DNA from: an uncultured virus (IMG/VR IMGVR_UViG_3300028593_000715)
Taxonomy: Duplodnaviria > Heunggongvirae > Uroviricota > Caudoviricetes
DNA: 20,000 nucleotides
Direction: 5' to 3' (one strand)
IMG/VR virus record: IMGVR_UViG_3300028593_000715
Below are positions 1 through 7,907 of this stretch, one piece after another. A model generated the notes under the pieces. The model searched no databases, was not told the DNA's origin, and was given only the letters and a program-made list of their open reading frames with translations. The stretch's first letter is position 1. Every line of letters begins with the position of its first letter. Both the position numbers and the translations under genes were made by a program.

Positions 1-483
1 CGTTTTCATCAGATTATTCAAACCACAAGCAATTCCTTTCGCCGTCTTTGTGCAATATGCATAGAAGTTGATGCTTGCACGACCGTAAACACCGCTGTAC
101 ACCTCGGAGGTGTCGATGATTGGCTGACGGTCTGCATCGACCACGCCGGGAGCAGTGATGGAATTGGCATTCACGAAGTAGCTGTTCGCATACGCCGGAT
201 CGTCAGGGCGCTCGGTATCTCCGTCCCTGAGCGGCGTTTTCAAAGTGCTGAGAGGCGGAACGCTCTTGCTGGTGCCCTTGAGTTTAGCAGCGCCTTCGGT
301 GTATGCTGCTTCGATAGCCGCCCTGATCTTTTCGATGGTGGCAGTGTCGCTCTTCGGAATGATCAAGCTGATCGAGTATTTCGGCTTTGCGCCTTCTTCG
401 ATAGCCTTCGGCTGCCACACATTTGCGTAGCTCCAGCGGCACACGCCGGTGATCACCTTTGTCGGAATAATCTTCTTTTCCAT
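1..483 (-). CDS. DUF2815 family phage ssDNA-binding-like protein (3' end runs off the window)
   Basis: Not in the ORF track. Translated by hand from ATG at 483: MEKKIIPTKVITGVCRWSYANVWQPKAIEEGAKPKYSISLIIPKSD...TPLRDGDTERPDDPAYANSYFVNANS...EVYSGVYGRASINFYAY...GIACGLNNL. GGAGG RBS upstream; lies directly downstream of the DUF2800 gene, the usual arrangement. Confidence 0.9.
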   Translation of the reverse strand, partial: MEKKIIPTKVITGVCRWSYANVWQPKAIEEGAKPKYSISLIIPKSDTATIEKIRAAIEAAYTEGAAKLKGTSKSVPPLSTLKTPLRDGDTERPDDPAYANSYFVNANSITAPGVVDADRQPIIDTSEVYSGVYGRASINFYAYCTKTAKGIACGLNNLMKT

Positions 484-487
484 AGTA

Positions 488-1597
488 TCAGTCCTCCATA
501 AAATCATTTTTGGCTGTATTCCACTCCGCCCTGCGGTCGGAGATTGGAACGAGTGTCGGTTTGCCGGGTGGCTTGTGGATCAGGCCACCGAGCAGTTCTT
601 CAAATTTACGCTTACCGAGCAGCTTGGTCATCGCAGTCAGCCCCAGAACCTTATGTTCATAAGGATCAAAGCCTGCAGCGGTGACGGCATCTGCAACGGC
701 AGACTCATTGGTGTATTTGCGGACGGAGCGTCCCTCGACCAGTTTCCACTGGGACCAGTGCTTACCGGAAAGGGCCTGCTGCATCGCATAGTCCTTTATG
801 TCGGATATCCACGATGTAAGGTCATCTGCCTTTGCAAGGATAGCCTCGATCTCATCATCAGTCAGTTCCGGCGGCATTGCGAAATCATATCTCGCAAGCG
901 CAAGGTTGTATTCAGCCCGTTTGCGGCAGGTCTGCTTGACCTTGCAGAAACGGCAGTGTTCACCGGCGCAGAATTCACCTTCACCTGCGAGGGCGAGTGC
1001 AGCGGCAGGTTTCAAAACGGTATCACCCCACTGGAGCAGCTCTTCCACTGTCTTTGTACAGGTGTCGCAGTGGTTCAGGCGCGGCTGAAAAATTGTCATC
1101 TTCACCTCAGTAAATTCATACAGCGAAGAAAACGCTTCTATCGCTCCGAGGCTATAGCACATTAGCTGCGTATTGTCCTGCGCACTGACTTCGAGTTGAC
1201 CGTATTTCAGATCGCATATATGCAACGTCTGGTCGGAGATCAGCAGGAAGTCGGCAGTACCGAAGCATCCTGCCGCCCAGCGTTCACAGGATACACGCTG
1301 TTCTACGAGGACGGTAGGATCACGGCACGATGCACGGGCGGCTTCGATCTGTTCCATCACGAAGTCACGATACAAGTCGGTCGCCTCATCCATTTCAGCA
1401 TCGGCGCATTCCGGTATAGTGACATCCTCGCCAAGAGCCTGCCTGATCTTTGCCTCACCGATGGAATGCGCGAGGGTACCGGCAAGTGCATAACTGCTGC
1501 CCGTATCCGGTGCTTTCGCATTCAGCATAGCTGCGGGAGGACACGAAATCCACATTTTACTTGCCGAAGGCGGCAGGTTGGAATGTACGTCAGGCAT
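488..1597 (-). CDS. DUF2800 family phage PD-(D/E)XK nuclease (Cas4/RecB-like, probable Fe-S cluster)
   Basis: HSNLPPSASKMWISCPP, GTLAH, VEQRV, FGTAD, DLKYG, QLMCY and C-terminal HCRFC-x5-C cysteine cluster. Confidence 0.9.
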   Translation of the reverse strand: MPDVHSNLPPSASKMWISCPPAAMLNAKAPDTGSSYALAGTLAHSIGEAKIRQALGEDVTIPECADAEMDEATDLYRDFVMEQIEAARASCRDPTVLVEQRVSCERWAAGCFGTADFLLISDQTLHICDLKYGQLEVSAQDNTQLMCYSLGAIEAFSSLYEFTEVKMTIFQPRLNHCDTCTKTVEELLQWGDTVLKPAAALALAGEGEFCAGEHCRFCKVKQTCRKRAEYNLALARYDFAMPPELTDDEIEAILAKADDLTSWISDIKDYAMQQALSGKHWSQWKLVEGRSVRKYTNESAVADAVTAAGFDPYEHKVLGLTAMTKLLGKRKFEELLGGLIHKPPGKPTLVPISDRRAEWNTAKNDFMED

Positions 1598-1922
1598 TCA
1601 ACTCACCAACTTCCTGCAGCAGCGCTGGATACTCGGTAGGATCAACAGCACTGAGCTTATCGCCGCCGTGTTTCTTCAGCAACTCCTTGACCTGCGCTGT
1701 CTTACCCGCACGGGACAGTTCCGAAAGAACAGCACGAACCTGCTCAATGGTTACAGTCGGCTGAGATGCAGTCTGCGGTTCAGCCTCCGGAGTATCGTCC
1801 GCTTCGGAAGTGGGCAATTCCTCAAAGGTATTGAGGTAGTTCTCAGTGGTCTGCTGCGTGAACTTCTGCAGCACGGCAGTGAGCGCATTCAGCGCATTTA
1901 CCAGTTCCATCATCGGATCCAT
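1590..1922 (-). CDS. Conserved small phage protein upstream of DUF2800
   Basis: C-terminal TIEQVRAVLSELSRAGKTAQVKELLKKHGGDKLSAVDPTEYPALL motif typical of this module; AAGGAGG RBS; stop overlaps the DUF2800 start. Confidence 0.8.
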   Translation of the reverse strand: MDPMMELVNALNALTAVLQKFTQQTTENYLNTFEELPTSEADDTPEAEPQTASQPTVTIEQVRAVLSELSRAGKTAQVKELLKKHGGDKLSAVDPTEYPALLQEVGELNA

Positions 1923-2019
1923 GTTTAAGGGCCTCCTTTGTCAAATTTTTTGCCAGTCTTTTCGATACGATGCTAATTGCAAGCAGGGTATCCACAAGTT
2001 CCTGAGTCTTTGCATTCAC
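1843..2019 (-). CDS. Small hypothetical protein (58 aa)
   Basis: GTG start after GGAGGTG RBS; MNAKTQELVDTLLAISIVSKRLAKNLTKEALKHGS... Below the ORF-track size cut-off; overlaps the 5' end of the next gene. Confidence 0.55.
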   Translation of the reverse strand: MNAKTQELVDTLLAISIVSKRLAKNLTKEALKHGSDDGTGKCAECAHCRAAEVHAADH

Positions 2020-2079
2020 GGTTCATCACCTCCCTCTACTTTCCAATGGAAAGCTGATGGTCGATTTGACGAAGGATTT

Positions 2080-2559
2080 TCAAAAAAATTCTTCAGTCAG
2101 GATCGTGGTGACTTTCTTCATACGGGAGAGAAGCGTGGTACGGGGAATATCCAGTTCCTGCGCGATCTCTGTATCGGACAGACCATTCTGACGCAGCTCA
2201 AAGGCACGGAAGATACCCGGCACAAGCTCGTCCATTCTTTTAATAAGTGCTTCGAGCAGAAGCTGGTCGGCTGCGATCTCCGCTGTATCCGATGCCTCAT
2301 CGACAATCTTGTCGAGCATGGTCTCCTCATCACCCTCGTCATTTGTGGTCGGGCAGTCGAGGGAAAGCGTGTCTCCGGCACGGCGGTACTTGCAGGTGCA
2401 GCAGTCCATATCGCAATAGCGGTAGTTTGCCTTCGGGCAGGCACAGCGGCCATGATTCTGCTGTTTGCGACGATATGCGTTGATATCGCGGTAATAATCA
2501 TCGTGGACTTCCTTTGACACCTCAATCGTTTTGTTCATTTGTCTCAGATAGATTTGCAT
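2080..2559 (-). CDS. Sigma-70 region 4 / ECF-like sigma factor with Cys-rich insert
   Basis: Start chosen at ATG 2559 (GGAGG-TTTTT-ATG). C-terminal HTH GLSDTEIAQELDIPRTTLLSRMKK; CxC...CDMDCCTCKY cysteine cluster; TLSLD motif. Confidence 0.8.
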   Translation of the reverse strand: MQIYLRQMNKTIEVSKEVHDDYYRDINAYRRKQQNHGRCACPKANYRYCDMDCCTCKYRRAGDTLSLDCPTTNDEGDEETMLDKIVDEASDTAEIAADQLLLEALIKRMDELVPGIFRAFELRQNGLSDTEIAQELDIPRTTLLSRMKKVTTILTEEFF

Positions 2560-2665
2560 AAAAACCTCCGTTCGATTAGGAACGGAGGCATAAACCGGCT
2601 GCAAAATGGGCGCAAAAACCCAGACCGCATTCGGGAAGGAATTACTCCGTTCCTGATTGCGGCCG
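2560..2665 (-). promoter_or_regulatory. Structured 5' leader of the sigma-factor gene (RBS-sequestering hairpin plus upstream long hairpin)
   Basis: Perfect 9-bp stem CCTCCGTTC/GAACGGAGG (2565-2588) contains the GGAGG RBS and is followed by TTTTT-ATG; second imperfect hairpin at 2625-2662. Confidence 0.6.
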
Positions 2666-2786
2666 CCAGCGCAAAAGGCAGCCTTTCATATTTAATTCAG
2701 ACTGAGATTACCCATTGCGCCACCGCTGATCAGACAGTGCAGATAATCTCGGTAAGCAGTTTTTTGTCATGCTTGGGACAATGCTA

Positions 2787-2815
2787 TTGACTTTTCCTTG
2801 CCTATGGTGTAAAAT
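2787..2815 (+). promoter_or_regulatory. Predicted sigmaA promoter, rightward
   Basis: TTGACT (2787-2792), 17 bp spacer, TAAAAT (2810-2815). Confidence 0.55.
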
Positions 2816-3165
2816 CAAGGTAGGTATATTGGTGGAAGCACTGGCAAGCCGTTATAACGGCAACAGAGATTATATCCTGCAAGCAAGGCTTGACCTACTG
2901 CATAGCCGAGAACTGTCTCGAAACCGCCATGCATACCTAAACCACCTTGATTACGCGGGATGCCTATGTTCGACATCAGGGCTACATCATAAGCGGCTCC
3001 ATGAAGTTGATTCATGGGCAAACCCGTGGAAGCGTATGGATTTTCATAGCCAGCTTGAATTTGAAACCATTTCTGTTGAATTGCAGCGTTTACGCATGAG
3101 GCGAATTCTGCTGGAGTGGCTGGCAGTGACTGCCTACCTAATGGAAACGAAATATTGTACATCAT
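2815..3165 (-). CDS. Hypothetical protein (116 aa)
   Basis: Strong AAGGAGG RBS just upstream of the ATG; same orientation as the early operon; no recognisable domain. Confidence 0.65.
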   Translation of the reverse strand: MMYNISFPLGRQSLPATPAEFASCVNAAIQQKWFQIQAGYENPYASTGLPMNQLHGAAYDVALMSNIGIPRNQGGLGMHGGFETVLGYAVGQALLAGYNLCCRYNGLPVLPPIYLP

Positions 3166-3249
3166 TCCGAAGTACCTCCTTATATTTTAGTGGTATTGTG
3201 ACCACCTGCTAACATTATTGCATATTTTTGATTTCCTTGCAGGATCGCA

Positions 3250-3276
3250 TCGGAACTTTTCGGAACATTTCGGAAT
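3250..3276. repeat. Three direct TCGGAA repeats with 10-bp period in a divergent intergenic region
   Basis: tcggaacttt-tcggaacatt-tcggaat. Confidence 0.7.
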
Positions 3277-3321
3277 TACCACGAATTCTTCATACGGACA
3301 CAAACGAAAGGCCGTGAGTAT

Positions 3322-4215
3322 ATGAATCTTATAGAACTGATAGAAATAATGAGAAGATACTATTCTGGTATAGAAAAGAAATCAAAATACAACTTTTTTA
3401 TGCTATTGGTTGACAATGCTATAACTGACGATGTTTCAAATCCATTCGATGGTCTCCAACCCGAAACAATACAACGCCAAGTCAATGGGAGTATTAGGTT
3501 TAAAAAGGCTAGGCTGGAAGGAGTTTTAGCATCAAAAGATTCTAAAAGACTTAGATTATTTATCAAGGAGCATTATCCAGAAGAACAGCAGTGTGATATG
3601 GAAAAAGAGATTCAAGACCAGCTTCCTGATTTCAATTGTGAAGAGCATGATTTTGTGTATTCGTGTTCCGAATTATTTTATAGCTTAGTTCGCCAATATA
3701 TTGATAATAAATCAAATATACCATCCAAGTCTCGTAAAAAGGTCCAATCATCTACTCCTGATGGCATAATAGATGCTTTTGAGAAGACATATAAAAAGGA
3801 AATATCGCTCCCAAATGTTCTTTCAGGAATCAGATCAGAAATATGGAAGGAAATAGATGCAATCATTAATACTTGCAAATCTTTCAAGCGGAAAACCGAG
3901 GAGTTAAATCGCGCCATTACCATCTTGAATAATGCAAGAGTTGAAAATGATCAAGCAAAGTTCGATTCGAATTATCCTACATACGACAAGCTGCGTGATG
4001 AGAACGAGTCTCTATTTAACGAGATTTTCCGAAAGTGGGGGCATCTTTACAAAACATATGCTAATATCATAGAAATTCGAGAGATTACTCGTATTGACTT
4101 TGCACACTCAGTCTTAACACCGCCAGAAAACAAACTGATTCATATAGCTGGTGATAATACGGATAATTTTATAGAGAAACTTAGGCAACTCTCTGAGGAC
4201 TACCTATTTACTTAA
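3322..4215 (+). CDS. Hypothetical AT-rich protein (297 aa), possible N-terminal HTH-like regulator domain
   Basis: Long ORF divergent from the early operon, at the usual repressor position. PETIQRQVNGSIRF resembles an XRE recognition helix (weak); helical C-terminus. Confidence 0.7.
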   Translation: MNLIELIEIMRRYYSGIEKKSKYNFFMLLVDNAITDDVSNPFDGLQPETIQRQVNGSIRFKKARLEGVLASKDSKRLRLFIKEHYPEEQQCDMEKEIQDQLPDFNCEEHDFVYSCSELFYSLVRQYIDNKSNIPSKSRKKVQSSTPDGIIDAFEKTYKKEISLPNVLSGIRSEIWKEIDAIINTCKSFKRKTEELNRAITILNNARVENDQAKFDSNYPTYDKLRDENESLFNEIFRKWGHLYKTYANIIEIREITRIDFAHSVLTPPENKLIHIAGDNTDNFIEKLRQLSEDYLFT

Positions 4216-4258
4216 CCTATGCCATCTGCTCCCAGTATACTGCAAGGCATAAAAAATA

Positions 4259-4382
4259 ACCATCAAGTAACACTTGATGGTCGAAAATGGCGCAAAAAGG
4301 GGCTATTCCACTTATTCCAATCAAAGGAATCAGCGGAATAGCCCCTAAATATGTTATAGAGCATCAAGTGGCACTTGATGCT
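4259..4382. repeat. Two copies of palindrome CATCAAGT-N3-ACTTGATG flanking a GC-rich hairpin (probable terminator region)
   Basis: Palindromes at 4261-4279 and 4362-4380. Hairpin AGGGGCTATTCC...GGAATAGCCCCT at 4298-4346 followed by TTTTT on the minus strand. Lies between convergent genes. Confidence 0.75.
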
Positions 4383-4449
4383 GAAAAGCACATAATCATC
4401 ACTTTCTGCGTTTTGCACAAATCTGCTTAGCAGTAGCTGTACATTATTA

Positions 4450-6366
4450 CTACGAATCCAATTCGCATAGAGTTACCTTTAGTTTTGCCTGATTAAGGTA
4501 CATTTGCCAGCGTTCTATAGTCTCATCCGTATGCTCGTCTACGAGCCATCTGAAGAACCTGCCTTCCATTGTATTTGGAAAATCCATACCGATTTTCTTC
4601 ATCAAGTCATAGCAATATTCTTTGTTAAGATTCAGGCCAATAAACAGTTTTAGCAAGGTGTGGAAAGAGACAGTCTTGTCCGTCTTATTGCGCAGTTCGC
4701 TAATTGTCTGCGTACTGAGGTTTGAACGTTCACTCAGCATCTCCGCAGTAAGTCCTTTGCGGGTAATATGGTAGTCGACAGTTTTATGGAATGAACCGGG
4801 CAGTTCATCGAAATCGCTTTCAAACTGTTGCGACAGCTTAACAATTTCTGCAATGGCAGCAGCCTCTTCCTCGGTCAATTGGTTCTTGGCGAGTTCGGCA
4901 TCATACTCCGCTTCGAGCAAGGAGTCAGCTGTGACCTCACGGCACAAAAAGCAGGCACGATAAAACGAGTCATCATAATCAAACTTGATGCGCTTTTTAC
5001 AGGTGAATAGGAAACAACATTCATCGACATGATCCAGTGCATACTGCGTCATTTCTGGATGCTCTTCATCATTGAACTGAATATACTTTGGTGAATTTAT
5101 ACAGAGCATATTGTTTACGAAAACAATCCTGCTCTCTTTATAGAGGGCATCCAGAGCCGGGTGCGTTATAATCATGCGTAGTGCACTGATAGAATCTACT
5201 ACGAAACTGCCGTTTTTGCCAATGATCTTAGAACCAAAGGAGAAGTGGGGGATGGACTTTCCTTCTATGTATACATATGTACCATGTGCTTGTTCAAAGC
5301 CCAACTCAATAGCGCGGAGTTTGGCTGCAAGTCGGGAAACCTGAAAGAAATCAGCGGTATCCTGAATTGCCTGAGCCATTACTTCCGCATCTCTGGTGCT
5401 TGCTGGCATACACTGACGCAAATCATGAAGTCGATCTTGAATGAACTTTTTAGTAGTAGATGCGGGCATCAGGATTTTCGGAGCAAGGGTGTTTGCCTGC
5501 CACTCGATCCACTCCAGTGGGGTCGATTTTGCTTTATCTTTTCCATACGCTTCAACAATCTCGCAAGATACAAAACGGTATTCTTGCCTCAGTAAGCGCA
5601 TCAGTTCAAAAAACATTTTGTGTCGCTTCCAATGTACACACTCATGAATAATCGTATTATTCATCGTTCCGATATTGTACATAAAAAACACATCTGGATT
5701 CACCAGCATAGTTCCCGGCGGCACTGTAATTTCCTCAGTTTTCGGATATTTGTTGCCTTTATATACCGTGACCGTGGAAGTCACAAAATATGTTTTACCG
5801 AAAATGTTATCATCCAGCGGCGCAAGATACAACTTCATTCCCAGATCACTGACAATTTCCTGTATAGGCAGCGGCATGGCTGTATCCAATGCCTTTGCAC
5901 AATGGTCGCGCAGGAAATCTTCCGCTACTTTATCAGCATCTTCGCTGTAGAGATAAGGGACAAGGTAATGATCGAGAGCGGTTTCTTTATCAAACTTCTC
6001 TTTACTGTACTCTTCCACATGAACAATCCTAACGCCATGCAGTCCATCCTTCAATATGCCCTCAAAATATACGGACATCCAAACTGACTTTGAATCTGAT
6101 TCATAATCATAACGAGATTTGCCAGATACAATGACATCGGCATTAATGCTTAAACGGAAATGCAGAGCATCACCTCCGGGCGTCTTAAAAGTCGCTCCCA
6201 TAACATGATAGTCGTCCAATTCAAATTTGCATACATCCGGAATAAGATTTGTTGACAGAAACGAAGATCCTTTTTTCTGAAATAAGAAACTGTTGATCTT
6301 TTTATATATTGCATCATAGTAATTATCGTACATATACTCTTCAAAAGTATGGTAAGTCTTCATCAT
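4450..6366 (-). CDS. ImmA/IrrE family metallo-endopeptidase with C-terminal XRE HTH
   Basis: TIIHECVHW (HExxH), EWQANTLAPKILMP and FQVSRLAAKLR peptidase M78 motifs; C-terminal GLTAEMLSERSNLSTQTISELRN HTH; AAAGGAG RBS. Confidence 0.88.
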   Translation of the reverse strand: MMKTYHTFEEYMYDNYYDAIYKKINSFLFQKKGSSFLSTNLIPDVCKFELDDYHVMGATFKTPGGDALHFRLSINADVIVSGKSRYDYESDSKSVWMSVYFEGILKDGLHGVRIVHVEEYSKEKFDKETALDHYLVPYLYSEDADKVAEDFLRDHCAKALDTAMPLPIQEIVSDLGMKLYLAPLDDNIFGKTYFVTSTVTVYKGNKYPKTEEITVPPGTMLVNPDVFFMYNIGTMNNTIIHECVHWKRHKMFFELMRLLRQEYRFVSCEIVEAYGKDKAKSTPLEWIEWQANTLAPKILMPASTTKKFIQDRLHDLRQCMPASTRDAEVMAQAIQDTADFFQVSRLAAKLRAIELGFEQAHGTYVYIEGKSIPHFSFGSKIIGKNGSFVVDSISALRMIITHPALDALYKESRIVFVNNMLCINSPKYIQFNDEEHPEMTQYALDHVDECCFLFTCKKRIKFDYDDSFYRACFLCREVTADSLLEAEYDAELAKNQLTEEEAAAIAEIVKLSQQFESDFDELPGSFHKTVDYHITRKGLTAEMLSERSNLSTQTISELRNKTDKTVSFHTLLKLFIGLNLNKEYCYDLMKKIGMDFPNTMEGRFFRWLVDEHTDETIERWQMYLNQAKLKVTLCELDS

Positions 6367-6406
6367 AGTGACTCCTTTCGAGAGAGGTGTTGCTTGTATA
6401 TGTACT

Positions 6407-6435
6407 ATTATAGCATATTTCTACGATATTTACAA
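6407..6435 (-). promoter_or_regulatory. Predicted sigmaA promoter of the peptidase gene
   Basis: TTGTAA, 17 bp spacer, TATAAT with extended TG (TGcTATAAT) on the minus strand. Confidence 0.65.
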
Positions 6436-6523
6436 GGTAATCAATGGGCTGCTCAAAATAGCCAATATTAACAGACTATTTATATAAAAAGCATCGAATG
6501 TACGAGTGTCGCAATAAAAAGCT

Positions 6524-6572
6524 CGAAAAGTCATAGTATACTATTGACTTTTCGTCTGCTTTGATATATAAT
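6524..6572 (+). promoter_or_regulatory. SigmaA promoter of the XRE/R-M operon with overlapping palindromic operator
   Basis: TTGACT (6544-6549), 17 bp spacer, TATAAT (6567-6572). Inverted repeat CGAAAAGTCA-N11-TGACTTTTCG (6524-6554) covers the -35. Confidence 0.75.
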
Positions 6573-6617
6573 GGAAAGAGTGCTAAACACCCTAAAGATG
6601 CTAGAGAGGAGTATATA

Positions 6618-6818
6618 ATGGGAATCAACTACAAAAAGTTGTGGAAACTACTAATAGATAAAGATATGACCAAAACTGATTTGCGTATGCAAACGGACAT
6701 AGCATCAAGTACTTTATCTAAGATGAGCAGAAATGAATATGTATCTTTAGATGTTCTCGTAAGAATTTGTTGTGTTCTTGATTGTGAACTAAGCGACATT
6801 ACAGAAATTGAAAAATGA
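6618..6818 (+). CDS. Cro/C1-type (XRE, HTH_26-like) transcriptional regulator
   Basis: MGINYKKLWKLLIDKDMTKTDL...SSTLSKMSRNEYVSLDVLVRICCVLDCELSDI; GAGGAG RBS before ATG 6618. Confidence 0.9.
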   Translation: MGINYKKLWKLLIDKDMTKTDLRMQTDIASSTLSKMSRNEYVSLDVLVRICCVLDCELSDITEIEK

Positions 6819-6836
6819 AATCGAGGTTTTATATTA

Positions 6837-7907
6837 ATGGCAAAGAGTAAAAAGCTGCCTATTGGGGCTGTTAGTTTGTTTTCTGGTGCAGGTGGTCTTG
6901 ATGTTGCAAGTTTCCTTGCTGGTGTTCCTGTTTTATCAAGCACAGATTTTGATGATGACTGTATTGAGACACTCAAACTGAACGACTTGTACGGAGATAC
7001 AGAAATAATAAAAGGTGATCTTCATGAAATTTCTAGTGATGTTTTCAAGTCGATAGTTCAGAAAAGAAATCCGGAAAAGTTCATCGTTATTGGTGGTGCA
7101 CCGTGTCAGCCATTTTCTAAAGCCGGATACTGGGTTGGCAATAGTACCCGTAAAGGAATAAACGATCCAAGAGCAACTTTAGTAGACGAATATTTACGTG
7201 TTGTAACAGATTTACATCCGGCAGGATTTGTTTTTGAGAATGTTGAAAGTTTACTTCATCCTACAAACAAAGTTATTGTTGACAAATTTATCGAGATCAT
7301 TCAACAACAAGGTTACAAGTACAAGATTGTTCGTGCTAATGCTCTTGATTATGGAGTATCACAAAAAAGAAAAAGGTTATTCATTATTGGAACGACTGGT
7401 GAATTCAAATCTGAAGCACCTCGAAAAACAAACTGTCCGCCAGAGGAATGTGAAGCAACAGGTCTTAAGCCTTATGTTAATGTCGGTGAAGTGATTAGTG
7501 GCTTTGACGGTCCAGAATTCTTTGAGCCGGAAGAAGTCACCAAAGGCGGCACATATCATTCTGATCTGTGCGAGGTTCCTCCAGGAATGAATTATAAAGC
7601 ACTGACCGCATGGTATGGCTATGAAAATCCTAAATTTGTTGCCGACAAAAGATTTTGGAGTTTCCTGCTGAAGTTGTCACCTGATATGCCTTCGTGGACA
7701 ATTACAGCGCAACCGGGTCCTTGGGTTGGACCTTTCCATTGGGATAACAGACGTTTAAGAGTGCCAGAGATTGCAGCTATTCAAACTTTCCCAAAAGGAT
7801 ATAAGTTTTATGGTAGCAGAAGATCTATCCAGAAACAAATCGGCAATGCTGTGCCATCGTTAATGGGTAAGGCAATGATAGAATTTCTGAAGGAGAGTTT
7901 GGAATAA
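6837..7907 (+). CDS. DNA (cytosine-5)-methyltransferase M1
   Basis: Motif I FSGAGG, IV GAPCQPFS, VI FENV, VIII QKRKR, IX RRLRVPEIAAIQTFP, X QIGNAV. Confidence 0.95.
   Translation: MAKSKKLPIGAVSLFSGAGGLDVASFLAGVPVLSSTDFDDDCIETLKLNDLYGDTEIIKGDLHEISSDVFKSIVQKRNPEKFIVIGGAPCQPFSKAGYWVGNSTRKGINDPRATLVDEYLRVVTDLHPAGFVFENVESLLHPTNKVIVDKFIEIIQQQGYKYKIVRANALDYGVSQKRKRLFIIGTTGEFKSEAPRKTNCPPEECEATGLKPYVNVGEVISGFDGPEFFEPEEVTKGGTYHSDLCEVPPGMNYKALTAWYGYENPKFVADKRFWSFLLKLSPDMPSWTITAQPGPWVGPFHWDNRRLRVPEIAAIQTFPKGYKFYGSRRSIQKQIGNAVPSLMGKAMIEFLKESLE

Noticed and set aside
488..1597. Cas4-like nuclease as evidence of a CRISPR-Cas locus
   Set aside because: No cas1/cas2 or repeat-spacer array in the window; the context is the ordinary DUF2800/DUF2815 phage module.
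449..2517. Plus-strand ORFs 449-1165, 1196-1639, 1578-1928 and 1846-2517
   Set aside because: Antisense shadows of well-supported GC-rich minus-strand genes; no motifs.
2769..3212. 147-aa plus-strand ORF
   Set aside because: Overlaps the minus-strand ORF that has a strong RBS; its start lies upstream of the predicted promoter and lacks a clear RBS.
4259..4382. Mini-CRISPR array
   Set aside because: Only two 19-23-bp palindromes with an ~80-bp structured spacer and no cas genes; kept as an operator/ncRNA candidate instead.
6561..6617. Longer 85-aa start for the XRE regulator
   Set aside because: The TTG start lies within the promoter spacer, upstream of the -10; ATG 6618 has the RBS and matches the family N-terminus.
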